Of a stretch of DNA of 64,000 bases, positions 49,529-61,146 are shown piece by piece. Source of the DNA: Squalus acanthias. Taxonomy: Eukaryota. The stretch spans positions 17,548,001 through 17,612,000 of the forward strand of contig CM059433.1 in assembly GCA_030390025.1 (NCBI GenBank), written 5' to 3'. The position numbers were made by a program, and so were the translations under genes. The notes under the pieces are model-generated. The model searched no databases. It was not told the DNA's origin and worked only from the letters and a program-made list of their open reading frames with translations. Each line of letters begins with the position of its first letter. The first letter of the stretch is position 1.

Positions 49529-50036
49529 CAATTGCTGTGGCCATACTCCATCATCTCCTCTTCTTTTGCTCCATTCAAGGGTTCCTACAATGTAGATGCA
49601 CCATCCCCAGGAAAACCTGGGCCAATATTTCGGAAAATGTCAAATTTACGTGCATGTAATGAACAAGTGGCATACATAATGGGATTGTTAAAATGAGATA
49701 ATGGCGCAAGAGCAGACCATTTTTACCATTCCTACCAACAACCAGGAACATCTTATAAATAGTATAAGTTATCGACCTGAATAATTTAGCCAAAATCAAC
49801 TCAGTGCTTTGTCATTTCAATTGTCAGACCCGGAACTAGTGCAGAATCATTTTAAGAAACTTTATTTTTATTAGATGTAGGTAATCGACGTGACATCAGC
49901 TGACTGTCCTTGAATTCTATTAACACACAGTATTTCATGACTTTATAGTACATTTCTTCCATTTGCTACTGTTCGCGGAAAAGTCAGCAGGAATATAGAG
50001 TGAATTTGCTCACGAATGAATGGAGGAAAATACTGT

Positions 50037-51575
50037 GGGGGTGAAATAGGGCTCGGTCGAGCCCGTTTTTTGGACGCTACGAGGCCTGATAAACTACAAA
50101 AATGGCGTCTGCGACACGCGAGCACACTTCTGATGGGAAATGCGTCGGACGAAGGGGTTAGTGCACGGGCACCGAACATCCACTGGCAGCATGCAGAGAA
50201 GGCAGATCTTGACGTCAGTCAGTGTGTAACGTTGATTTGATGCCGGCGCTGCCATTTCCTACTCCCCCTGAAGCTCGCACAGTTGAACACATGTTAAGCA
50301 GCAGGAAGGACCCCCCACCAGTGCTACTTAAAGGGATCATCAACTACTTACAGGTTAGTTGCTGGTTTATTTCTTCTGGCTGTTGCTGCAACGCTACACG
50401 TTTTGGGTGCTTTCTATCGTAGTTTAAAGTTTCAGTAGTCTACAAGGAGTGGTCTGGCAGGTGCTGAAGTACTTTTCTGCTGACTTCAAGGCTTCTGCAC
50501 AAACCAGTTGCTTCCATTCATGGGTGGACTAGGAAGCCTTCCTCTTGGCATTGAGCATGACTGGGAGAACGAGCAGAGGCCAAACAGAGCAGGACAAGCT
50601 GCTAGAAGGAGGAGGAGGAAGAAAGGTGGCTGTAACCTAGACACCCCTTTTCTGCCTAGGCTCTACGTGAACAAATAATTCAAGAGCGATACCAGTAACC
50701 TCAACCCCAATTCCCCATTCACCAACAGTCCCACACTCCTTACCTTCCCTCTATCACTGACCATCACATCGTCCTCTTGGAAGCAATGCAAAAATAAAAG
50801 CTACCACAAAATGCACATTCCAATCCAAATTTATAAATTAAATCATTCCATATTGGATACAAAAATAAATTAATCACCCTTGTGCATTCTCATAGTGCCT
50901 CTTCCGTGTGCCTTTGCCTGTCCTAGTGCTTCTACGAGAGGCTTCCTCAGTGGCTACAGCATGGCTGGTGGAAGGCTGCTGACCTTCAGTTGAGAAGAAT
51001 GCAGATGGCATCGGAGGAAGAGCTCTGGGCCTAGAGGGTCCAGCTTCAGACTGCACCATCTCAGCGTGGGCGGCAGCAGTCTGGGCTGGTTGGATGACAG
51101 GCAACAGCAAGGGCAATTGCAGAGTGACGGGTGAGAAGATGAATACTGTCATCCTGGGAGAGGACACAAGGTTCGTGCTTCATGGAGCCACTGCCACTCA
51201 GCAATTCTATTAATCTATTGTAGATCAGATTGGTGGACAGCTGTGACAACCTGGAAGCCCCTTTCAACAGTGATATCCAGAGCCATTATGGTAACAGTCT
51301 GAGCTTATCCTGAAGCACTCAGACGTTGGCTGGCTGCTGCAATGGAAGCTGAGACATCGGCTATCAGATGCTGCATCATGGTTGGTTCCACAAGGGTGTT
51401 GCTGGAGGTGGCCACCCATTCCATGCTGAAAAGGATGGGCTCCAAACTCTGCGCAAAGCCCTGTGCCAAGTTGATGCCGGACTCCTCCATGCTCCTTAAC
51501 ATTGAATGAAGGCTTTCTGGCAGGCTTCCCAATGCACCACGATTTTGGGTGTGTACACCCATCAGCCGCCTTCTG
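50037..51575. mobile_element. Harbinger deletion derivative of the same family as 25821-28039 (left end, transposase start, distal Myb exon 3)
   Basis: Left end GGGGGTGAAATAGGGCTC collinear with 25821; MGGLGSLPLGIEHDWENEQRP at 50520; minus-strand LRSMEESGINLAQGFAQSLEP..AGPSRPR..RRSTR; right end absent. Confidence 0.8.
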
Positions 51576-51695
51576 TATTTAAGTTACAGCTGAACAGAAG
51601 TAAGAAACACTGACAGTTTCGTCGTCATTACCATGGCAAAATCTGGGCCATTGTAGAAATGAAGAGAGAAGGTTGCAGCACAATGAGTTAGCACA

Positions 51696-51784
51696 ATTTT
51701 TTTTATTTGTTCCTGGGATGTGGGCGGCACTGGCAAGGCCAGCATTTATTGCCCATCCCTAGTTGCCCTTGAGAAGGTAGTGGT
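51696..51784 (-). mobile_element. 3' end and poly(A) of a family-B LINE, separated from its body (57173-57907) by CR1 insertion
   Basis: Matches 11394-11481. Confidence 0.88.
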
Positions 51785-52532
51785 CATAGAGTCATAGAGT
51801 TATACAACACAGAAAGAGACCCTTCGGTCCATCGTGTCCACGCCGGCCATCAAGCCCTGTCTATTCTAATCCCATTTTCCAGCACTTGGTCCGTAGCCTT
51901 GTATGCTATGGCGTTTCAAGTGCTCATCTAAATGCTTCTTGAATGTTGTGAGGGTTCCTGCCTCTACCACCCTTTCAGGCAGTGAGTTCCAGATTCCAAC
52001 CACCCTCTGGGTGAAAAAGTTTTTCCTCAAATCCCCTCTAAACCTCCTGCCCCTTACCTTGAAACTATGCCCCCTGGATATTGACCCCTCTACTAAGGGG
52101 AAAAGTTCCTTTCTATCTACCCTATCTATGCCCCTCATAACTTTGTACACCTCAATCAGGTCCCCCCTCAGCCTTCTCTGCTCTAAGGAAAACAACCCCA
52201 GCCTGTTCAGTCTCTCTTCATAGCTGAAGCGCTGCAGCCCAGGTAACATCCTGGTGAATCTCCTCTGCACCCTCTCCAATGCAATCACATCCTTCTTATA
52301 GTGTGGTGACCAGAACTGCACACAGTATTCCAGCTGTGGCCTAACTAGCGTTTTGTACAGCTCCATCATAACCTCCCTGCTCTTATATTCTATGCCTCGG
52401 CCAATGAAGGCAAGTATCCCATATGCCTTTTTAACCACCTTATCTACCTGTCCTGCTGCCTTCAGGGATCTATGTACATGCACACCAAGGTCCCTCTGAT
52501 CCTCTGTCCTTCCTAGGGTCCTACCATTCATT

Positions 52533-53425
52533 GGGGTAAAAATTCAGTTGGTTGCGCCTCCCGTTAGCGCCTTAAGAGGGCGCTAATGGGGCGCAAAGCC
52601 GCTAACGCCCGGGCGCAGCGATGTTTGCGCCGCTCGGGAACTTAACTAGAGATTGTGCGGCGGCGCTAAACTTTACCGCTGCGACCACCTGCGCGCGCAG
52701 ATTGTGACGTCATTCCATGGTGCAACGCCCTTGTGGCGCCCCGGAGCGGAAATTGAGTGGCGCCCCCTGCCTTACCACCTGGCGCATCCAACGACCAGAA
52801 GACTGGAACGCTATCAATCGCTGTGGGGCTGGGGGGGGCGCTATTTAAAGGGGGCCTCTTCCTGTCTTTTATTGTTGGTGGCATTTTTGAACTACGCATT
52901 CTGAGAGCGAGAGGGAGAGACTTCTGGAGAGATTCAACGTTGTGTGAAGGAGTTTTGGGTACTGAGCAGCACTTTGCAGGTTCATTTTGATTTGCCATTC
53001 CTTGTATCGATTTAGCAGATTCTGTGGGAGCTGCACTCTGAGCTCTTTGCCTGGTACTCTCCATTGTTCTTTCCAGCACATTTGATGTGCAAGTCTCTCC
53101 AGGCCGAGATTCAAGGCTGCAATGAACAGGATGTGGATGGAAAGCAAGATTAACCATCCCCTTTAAGAACTGGCCCGTGCCATTGTGTGTGTGTTCCATT
53201 GCTGACTGACATTACATGAGCTTCGCCAGCGCTCTGAGGTAGCGCCTCACTCCTTGGCCTTTGCGCCTTAAGACAGGTGTGTAGCGCCTGATTTAGCGCT
53301 CCACTCACCTCCCGGGGCGGTAAAAGTGAAGTTTCCAGTCAGTGCCGATAATTAGCGCCAGGCGCTAATATTTGCGTCCAGACGATATTTGCGCCCCAAA
53401 TGGGGCGCGACCTAATTTTTACCCC
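52533..53425. mobile_element. Harbinger-like MITE (893 bp), inverted near-identical copy of 32940-33810
   Basis: TIR GGGGTAAAAATT / AATTTTTACCCC; TSD ATT; removal restores CR1 ORF2 REYTMNGRT. Confidence 0.96.
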
Positions 53426-54155
53426 ATTGTGTATTCCCTTGCCTTGTTAGTCTTCCCAAAATGCATCACCTCACACTTTTCAGGGTTAAATTCCATTTGC
53501 CACTGTTCTGCCCATCTGACCAACCCGTCTATATCGTCCTGTAGCCTGAGGCTTCCCTCCTCGCTATTTACCACTCCACCAATTTTCGTGTCATCTGCGA
53601 ACTTACTGATCATACCTCCTACATTCATATCTAAATCATTAATGTACACTACAAACAGCAAAGGACCCAGCACCGATCCCTGTGGTACACCACTGGACAC
53701 AGGCTTCCAGTCACAAAAACAACTTTCGACCATCACCCTCCGCCTCCTGCCACTAAGCCAATTTTGGATCCAATGTGCCAAGTTGCCCTGGATCCCATGG
53801 GCTCTTACCTTCTTGACCAGTCTCCCATGCGGGACTTTGTCAAAAGCCTTACTGAAGTCCATGTAGACCACATCAACTGCACTACCCTCATCCACACACC
53901 TAGTCACCCCCTCTCAAAATTCAATCAAATTGGTCAGACATGACCTCCCCCTGACAAAGCCATGCTGACTATCCTTGATTAATCCTTGCCTCTCCAAGTG
54001 GAGACTAATTCTGTCCCTCAGAATTTTTTCCAATAATTTCCCTACCACTGATGTTAGGCTCACTGGCCTGTAATTCCTTGGTTTATCCCTACTACCCTTC
54101 TTGAATAATGGTACTACGTTAGCTGTTCTCCAGTCCTCTGGCACCTCCCCTGTGG

Positions 54156-54398
54156 TCATGATGCGGAGATGCCGGTGTTGGACTGGGGTGGACAAAATTG
54201 AGAGGTCGCACAACACCAGGTTATAGTCCAACAGTTTTATTTGAAATCACAAGCTTTCGGAGCTATCGATTTGCTCCTTCCTCAGGTGAAGTAAATTTAC
54301 TTCACCTGAGGAAGGAGCAAATCGATAGCTCCGAAAGCTTGTGATTTCAAATAAAACTGTTGGACTATAACCTGGTGTTGTGCGACCTCTCAATTTTG
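54156..54398. mobile_element. Non-coding Penelope-derived fold-back insertion (243 bp) with perfect 206-bp palindrome
   Basis: 13-bp TSD ACCTCCCCTGTGG (54143-54155, 54399-54411); arms 54193-54295 / 54296-54398 with no spacer; homologous to Penelope end at 30416-30543. Confidence 0.93.
54302..54344 (+). ncRNA. Minimal type I hammerhead ribozyme-like motif (mirror copy on - strand at 54247-54289)
   Basis: TCAC-CTGAGGA-A-GGAGC-aaatcgata-GCTCC-GAAA-GCTT-GTGA. Confidence 0.7.
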
Positions 54399-55934
54399 AC
54401 CTCCCCTGTGGCCAGAGAGGTTCTGAAAATTTGTGTCAGAGCCCTTGCAATCTCCTCCCTTGCCTCACACAGCAGCCTGGGATACATCTCGTCTGGGCCT
54501 GGGGATTTATCCACTTTTAAACCTGCTAAAACTGCTAATACCTCCTCCCTCTCAATACTAATTTGTTCAAGTATATCACAATCCCCCTGCCTGATTTCTA
54601 TGCCTACATCGTCCTTCTCCATAGTGAACACAGATGCAAAATATTCATTTAAAACCTCACCTACATCTTCTGGCTCTACACACAGATTGCCACTTTGGTC
54701 CCTAATGGGCCCTACTCTTTCCCTGGTTATCCTCTTGCCCTTAATATACTTATAAAACACCTTGGGATTTTCCTTTATTTTGCCCGCCAGTGTTTTTTCA
54801 TGCCCCCTCTTCGCTCTCCTAATTTCTTTTTTAAGTACCCCCCTGCACGTTCTATGCTCCTCTAGGGCTTCCACTGTTTTTAGTCCTTTGTATCTGCCAA
54901 AAGCCTCCCTTTTTTTCCTAATCCATTCTCGTATATCCCTTGACATCCAGGGTTCCCTGGGCTTGTCGGTCCCACCCTTGACCTTTACGGGAACATGTTG
55001 GCGTTGTACTCTCTCTATTTCCTTTCTGAAAGGCTCCCAGTGCTCTGATGTGGATTTTCCTACAAGTAGCTGATCCCAGTCCACTTTGGCCAGATCCTGC
55101 CTTATCATATTAAAATCGTCCTTCCCCCAATTTCGAACCTTTATTTCCGGTCCATCTTTGTCCTTTTCCATGACTACCTTAAATCTCACCGAATTATGCT
55201 CTCCTACTAACACTTCTACCACTTGCCTGGCTGCATTCCCCAGAATTAGGTCCAGTACCGCCCCCTCTCTTGTAGGACTTTCTACATGCTGGCTCAAAAA
55301 GCTCTCCTGGATGCACTTTAAGACTGCCACACCCTTTAAGCCTTTCACACTCTGACTATCCCAGTCAATATTGGGGAAGTTCAAATCCCCTACTATTATT
55401 CCCCTATTATTTCTACACTTCTCTGAGATTTTCCTACATATCTGTTCCTCTATCTCCCCCTGACTGTTTGGGGGCCTATAGTACACTCCCAGCAAAGTGC
55501 TTGCCCACTTTTTGTTTTTAAGTTCTACCCATATGGCCTCATTAGAGGAACCTGCTAAGATATCATCCCTCCTTACAGCAGTAATTGACTCCTTGATTAA
55601 TATTGCGACACCCCCTCCTCTTTTACACCCCCCTCTGTCTCACCTGAAGATTCTATACCCCGGACTATTGAGCTGCCAGTCCTGCCCCTCCCTCAACCAT
55701 GTCTCTGTGATAGCAACAATATCATACTCCCATGTGTTCATCAACACCTTCAATCCATCTGCCTTACTCGCAAGACTCCTTGCATTAAAATAAATGCCAT
55801 CCAGCCTTGCCATATTCCCTTGTGCCATTACATATTTGCTCTGCCTTCCAGGCTGACTTGTTTTTTCCTCTATATTTGGCTGTGCATCACCCCCTACTAT
55901 AGCTCCACTCCGTATCCCATCCCCCTGCCAAGTT

Positions 55935-56886
55935 AGTTTATACCCCCCCCCCCCAACAGTACTAGCAAACCTCCCCGCAAGGATGTTGGTCCCGTTCCGG
56001 TTCAGGTGCAATCCGTCCGACTTGTACAGGTCTCACCTTCCCCAAAAGCAGACCCAGTGATCCAGGAAACTAAAGCCCTCCCTCCTGCACCAACTCTTTA
56101 GCCACGCATTCATCTGCTCTATCTTCCTATTCCTATACTCACTAGCACGTGGCACCGGGAGTAATCCAGAGATTACAACCTTTGAGGTCCTACTTTTTAA
56201 TCTGCTACCTAGCTCCCTAAATTCTTGTTGCAGGACCTCATCCCTCTTTCTACCCATGTCGTTGGTACCAATGTGAACCACGACCTCTGACTGTTCGCCC
56301 TCCCCCTTCAGAATGCCCTGCAGCTGTTCAGTGACATCCTTGACCCTGGCACCAGGGAGGCAACATACCATCCTGGAGTCACGTCTGTGGCCACAGAAAC
56401 GTCTATCTGTTCCCCTTACGATAGAATCCCCTATCACTATTCTCTCCCACTCTTTTTCCTCCCCTCCTGTGCAGCTTAGCCACTCGTAGTGCCACGGACT
56501 TGGCTCTTGCTGCATTCCCCTGAGAAACCATCTCCCCCATCAGTATCCAAAACGGAAAATCTGTCGGAGAGGGAGATTGACCCAGGGGACTTCTGCACTA
56601 CCTTCCTAGTTCTTTTACTCTGTCTGGTGGTCACCCATTCCCTGTCTGCCTGTGCACTCTTTACCTGCGGTGTGACCACCTTGTTAAACGTGCTATCCAC
56701 GAAGATCTCAGCTTAACGGATGCTCCACAGTGACTCCAGCCGCAGCTCCAGCTCCGAAACGCGGATTTCGAGTAGCTGTAGCTGGAGACACTTCCTGCAC
56801 ATGTGTTCGCCCTGGACACCTAAAGTGTCCCTGACTTCCAACATAGCACAGGAGGAGCACTCCACGCTGCCGAGCTGCCCTGCCAT
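55935..56886 (-). pseudogene. CR1 ORF1 (zinc finger/leucine zipper + SGNH esterase), disrupted
   Basis: MAGQLGSVECSSC..CRKC..LLEIRVSELELRLESL; VIGDSIVR, PGA, HIGTND, DGLHLN motifs; three stops and a frameshift. Confidence 0.9.
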
Positions 56887-57172
56887 GTCCTACCCTTAAT
56901 TTACTCCCTTTAAATTAAAGAATATTAAATACACTAGGGACCTTACTTCCCTTTAAACACTATTTACTCTAAACTAGAGACCTTACTTTTACTTTAATGA
57001 CTGGAATGTAGAAATACTGTCGAAATACTCACCGCTGGTTCTCTATCCCCTCTTGTGCAGCTTTTTAGCTCCTGCTCTCCTGGAAGCTGACAAAGATGGA
57101 AAAAGAAAGGAACACCTCCCTCCCCGCACTCCCTCACTCACCAAACTCACAGCTTAACACTCTGTTCCAATA

Positions 57173-57907
57173 TGCACTCCGTGGGGTGAAGGTACTCCCA
57201 CAGTGCTGTTAGGGAGGGAGTTCCAGGATTCTGACCCAGCGACTATGAAGGAACGGCGATATATTTCCAAATCAGGATGGTGTGTGACTTGAAGGGGAAC
57301 TTGGCGGTGATGGTGTTCCCATGCGCCTGCTGCCCTTGTCCTTCTAGGTGGAAGAGGTCGCGGATTTGGGAGGTGCTTTCGAAGAAGCCTTAGCAAGTTG
57401 CTGCAGTGCATCTTGTGGATGGTACACACTGCAGCCACAGTGCGCCGGTGGTGGAGGGAGTGAATGTTTAAGGTGGTGGATGGGGTGCCAATCAAGCGGG
57501 CTGCTTTGTCCTGGATGGTGTTGAGCTTCTTGAGTGTTGTTGGAGCTGCACTCATCCAGGCAAGTGGAGAGTATTCCATCGAACTCCTGACTTGTGCCTT
57601 GTAGATGGTGGAAAGGCTTTGAGGTGTCAGGAGGTGAGACACTCACCGCAGAATACCCAACCTCTGACCTGCTCTTGTTGCCACAGTATTTATGTGGCTG
57701 GTCCAGTTAAGTTTCTGGTCAATGGTGACCCCCAAGATGTTGATGTTGGGGGATTCGGCGATGGTAATGCTGTTGAATGTCATGGGGTGGTGATTAGACT
57801 CTTGCTTGTTGGAGATAGTCATTGCCTGGCACTTGTGTGGCGCGAATGTTACTTGCCACTTATCAATCCAAGCCTGAAATGTCGTCCAGGTCTTGCTGCA
57901 TGCGGGC
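57173..57907 (-). mobile_element. 5'-truncated family-B LINE body
   Basis: WQVTFAPHKCQAMTISNK..KAQVRSSMEYSPLAW; closely similar to 11502-12236. Confidence 0.92.
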
Positions 57908-58729
57908 ATAGACTCGCAGGAATTTGGTTGCAGTACTTTTCAATTTACTAAATCATTTTGTAGTGATCCATTGAACGTTAACATGTTTTAAATACATAAA
58001 GCAATGCCAAGTAGTCAGAAAATTACCACAGCAGTTTTTTACCTTCCTTCAGCTTTCCAGTGATGTCTGGTGAATGAGTTAAAGCCCAGTGTCAGTGTGC
58101 TGTCAAATCTGCTAGTTTTAAAATAATCACAGACCTTTAACATTTTTCATTTTCACTTCACTTGAACATTGGTTCCATGACTCATACTCCATACTTGTAT
58201 AGTGCATGGCATTATTTATATCCTCTTAACCTGACTGAGGAAAAAAAATGTACAGCTTGAAATCTCCAATTAGGTGTATTTTTTCATTCCATTTGAATAT
58301 GCAGACAATCTGAACACCCAATGTTCATAAATCTGATGTTAGATTAAGGTTTCAACATAGTGTAAGGCTCCTTTGTGTTGTTGCTTTATTGGATAATAAT
58401 GTGCATGATTTATGCTGTGCAACTGAATGCAGCCCTTGTTTATAATAGACTGTTTTTGTATGATTTTTATGCCTGGTATTCAGCGCTTTTCAGTGGTTAA
58501 TATGTGTTCTGATTGTTATGCCGTTGGCATTTTGAGATTCTTCTTGCTATTTTCTTATGACTAAAGCTTGTTACGTATACAGAAAATGTTTTTAGGTTTA
58601 AGTCATTGTAGCTAAGCAGTGGGTCACATGCCAAGTTACATTGCACTGTAATAAGTTGTTGATTTTTTCCCCCTTTATCTTTCTTCATCAAAACACCAGC
58701 TGTTGCAATGGGGGCCTGTGTGGGCATAG

Positions 58730-59125
58730 TTCTCCGCAAATTGCTCTCTCGACCCCTGGAACGCACTGAGTCATAATGGTGTATGGAGCCACAGGTCCTG
58801 AGCACCTCCCAGTTCCTCGCCCAAATGGTCATTATTTGTGTGTGAGTGCAGACAAGAGTGTTGGCAGATTATCTGACTGCGGAGGACGCCACAGCCAAGC
58901 CAATCCTGTCCTCGTCCAATGCCCACGCATGCACATCTTTTCATCAGGGGTGAGGGGGCAGCAAATCAGCAGTGGGAACCCTCGGTGATTTTTTTTTTCC
59001 TCGCTAGCTTCCCAAGCTAAGATTAGATTAGCTAACATAGCATTTTGTAAGGATCGAAGCTGGTTTGTACTGTTCAGCTCCCCTACAGGGTAGTACATGT
59101 ACAAACTGAGACAGGAGGCGAGCTC
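58730..59125 (-). mobile_element. Decayed tRNA-derived SINE (same family as 10570-10903)
   Basis: CTCGCCCAAATGGTCATT..CACAGCCAAGCCAATCCTGTCCTC..GGGAACCCTCGGTGATTTT collinear with other copies. Confidence 0.55.
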
Positions 59126-59739
59126 TTATCTCTGACAGAAAAAAAAAATGATGCTAAACTTATGGATGGAGGGGAGCATTCTGAATGAAAATGTGATGGC
59201 CCTAAATTTTTTGAGAATTTGTGATACTAACGTCCAATTCTGATTAATGTAGGCCTGTGTATGTATTTCCTTAAGGCAGTTGCTGTCAACAACAAGTATG
59301 TGAGTTCTCTCACTGTTTATGCCATTCGCTCGTATAAAGTTACGGAATTCAATAAACCTGCCAGAATCAGAGATGCTGTTGTGGATCCTGTGGTCTGCCA
59401 ACATCAGGAGCAAAGTAAATAAGGGAGAGCAGCGAAGGGAGCACTGGGTCTTTCTATTTGAGCACCACTATATACGTGGCAACTGAGCAAATGAGCCAAA
59501 GCTGACCAAATGTTGACGCAATTTTCAGAAAGCTGCCACTGTAGGCATGTTCCTGATTATAAGCCTCTGATGTGTGGAAACAAGAGATTAAACATGGTTT
59601 GTACTTTAAGCGGTACATATACACTGCATTTCTTCACTTGTAGTGGAGGAAAAAAACTGGAATACCTTAGAACCTTTCCACCATCTGTCTCGACCCCTCG
59701 ACTGCCTCTGTGTTGTCAGCTTGTTTGTCTGTACAGACC

Positions 59740-60320
59740 TGGATGAGCCTCAATTTCCTCCAGTTTAATTAGGAAGACAGAAGCTGTCATCTTCGGCCTC
59801 TGCCACAAACTCCATACCCTTGTCACTGATTCTATCCCCCTCCCTAGCCTTTGCCTCAGGCTGAACCAGACTCTTCACAACATCAGTGTCCTATTTGACC
59901 CTGAGCTGACTTTCAGACCCTATATCGTCTCCATCACAAAACTGCCTACTCCACTCTCTGTCCCCCCATATCCAATCTCTGTGAACCTCCTCCAGCCTTA
60001 CACCAGCCACCGTCTCCAAACTCTCCATTCCGCTGACTTGGGCCTTTTGTGTATCGAGCCCTCACTGCATCCCACCACTGGTGGCCGTGCCTTCTGCCAC
60101 CTCGGCCCTCATGCTCCAGAATTGCCTCCCTATACCCTCTGCTTCTCCACCTCCCTCTCCTTCTTAAAGAACCACCCGAAAAGCCACTTCTTCCACCAAG
60201 TTTTTGATGAAGCAGCCCAATATCTCCTTCTTTGGCTCAGTGTCCAACTTCTACCTTACACTTGGGATGTTTTATCTTTGTTAAAGGCACCATATCAATG
60301 CAAGTTGCAGTTGTTGTTGA
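59740..60320 (+). mobile_element. Decayed L2 3' fragment with internal deletion
   Basis: AAGACAGAAGCTGTCATCTTCGG, TTTGACCCTGAGCTGA, TGGTGGCCGTGCCTTC, (TTG)n tail. Confidence 0.8.
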
Positions 60321-60703
60321 TCCATACAAAGTAAAAGTCTTAATTAATTACCAGTCAGTATGAATGAAATAAGCCAATAGTATTAATCCCCTCAAATGGC
60401 TGACTTCAAACCTAATCGACTGAGTAAGATGGATCTGTAAGAAATGGAACTGAACATTAGGTATGTTGATTTTCAATTTCTGTTCATCACTTTTTACAGT
60501 TCTCTCTTATTCTGTCATCTGCTTCTGTAGTCTTACTGCAATTTCTATTGTGAGATTCTGTATTTCATGCCTAGTATTTCATTCAGATTTATCCCTTTCT
60601 TGCAACCTGACTTGTATTTAATTGAGAGTTACTGCTATCTCATGCAGATTGACTTGTACTTAAATTGGTTGAACTGATAACAGATTGGTGTTGCAAAGTA
60701 TTG

Positions 60704-61146
60704 AAAGAAAGACTTGCCTTTCACGACCACCGGACGTCCCAAAGCGCTTTACAGCCAATGAAGTACTTTTGAAGTGTAGTCACTGTTGTAATGTAGGAAA
60801 CGCGGCAACCAATTTGCGCACAGCAAGCTCCCACAAACAGCAACGACTAGATAATCTGTTTTTTGTTATGTTGATTGAGGCCATAATATTGGCCAGGACA
60901 CCGGGGATAACTCTCCTGCTCTTCTCCGAAATACTGCCATGGGATCTTATACATCTACCAGAGAGAGCAGATGGGCCTCGGTTTAATGTCTCATCCAAAT
61001 GACAGGACCTCCGACAGTGCAGCACTCCTACAGCACTGCACTGGAGTGTCAGCCTAGATTGTTGTGCTCAAGTGCCTGGAGTGGGACTTGAACCCACAAC
61101 CTTCTGACTCAGAGCCGAGAGTGCTACCCACTGAGCCACAGCTGAC
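60704..61146 (-). mobile_element. tRNA/Deu SINE (SacSINE1-like), near full length
   Basis: Head GTCAGCTGTGGCTCAGTGGGTAGC, B box GGTTCAAGTCC, Deu core, CTTT tail. Confidence 0.92.

Larger units (their letters stand above)
51866..55935 (-). pseudogene. CR1 ORF2 (APE endonuclease + reverse transcriptase), disrupted
   Basis: YFNARSL, AITETWL, YYRPPN, GDLNFP, NYRPVSLTS, DFSKAFDKVPH, GVPQGSVLGP, KFADD; stop, frameshift, deleted SDH motif, two insertions. Confidence 0.93.
51785..57172 (-). mobile_element. Near full-length CR1 LINE (~4.2 kb after removing two nested inserts)
   Basis: 5' UTR, ORF1, ORF2 (APE, RT), 3' UTR with (CTCTATGA)n tail, all in order. Confidence 0.95.

Noticed and set aside
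59363..59420. Possible small + strand exon ending in GTAAAT
   Set aside because: No pyrimidine-rich acceptor and no recognisable product
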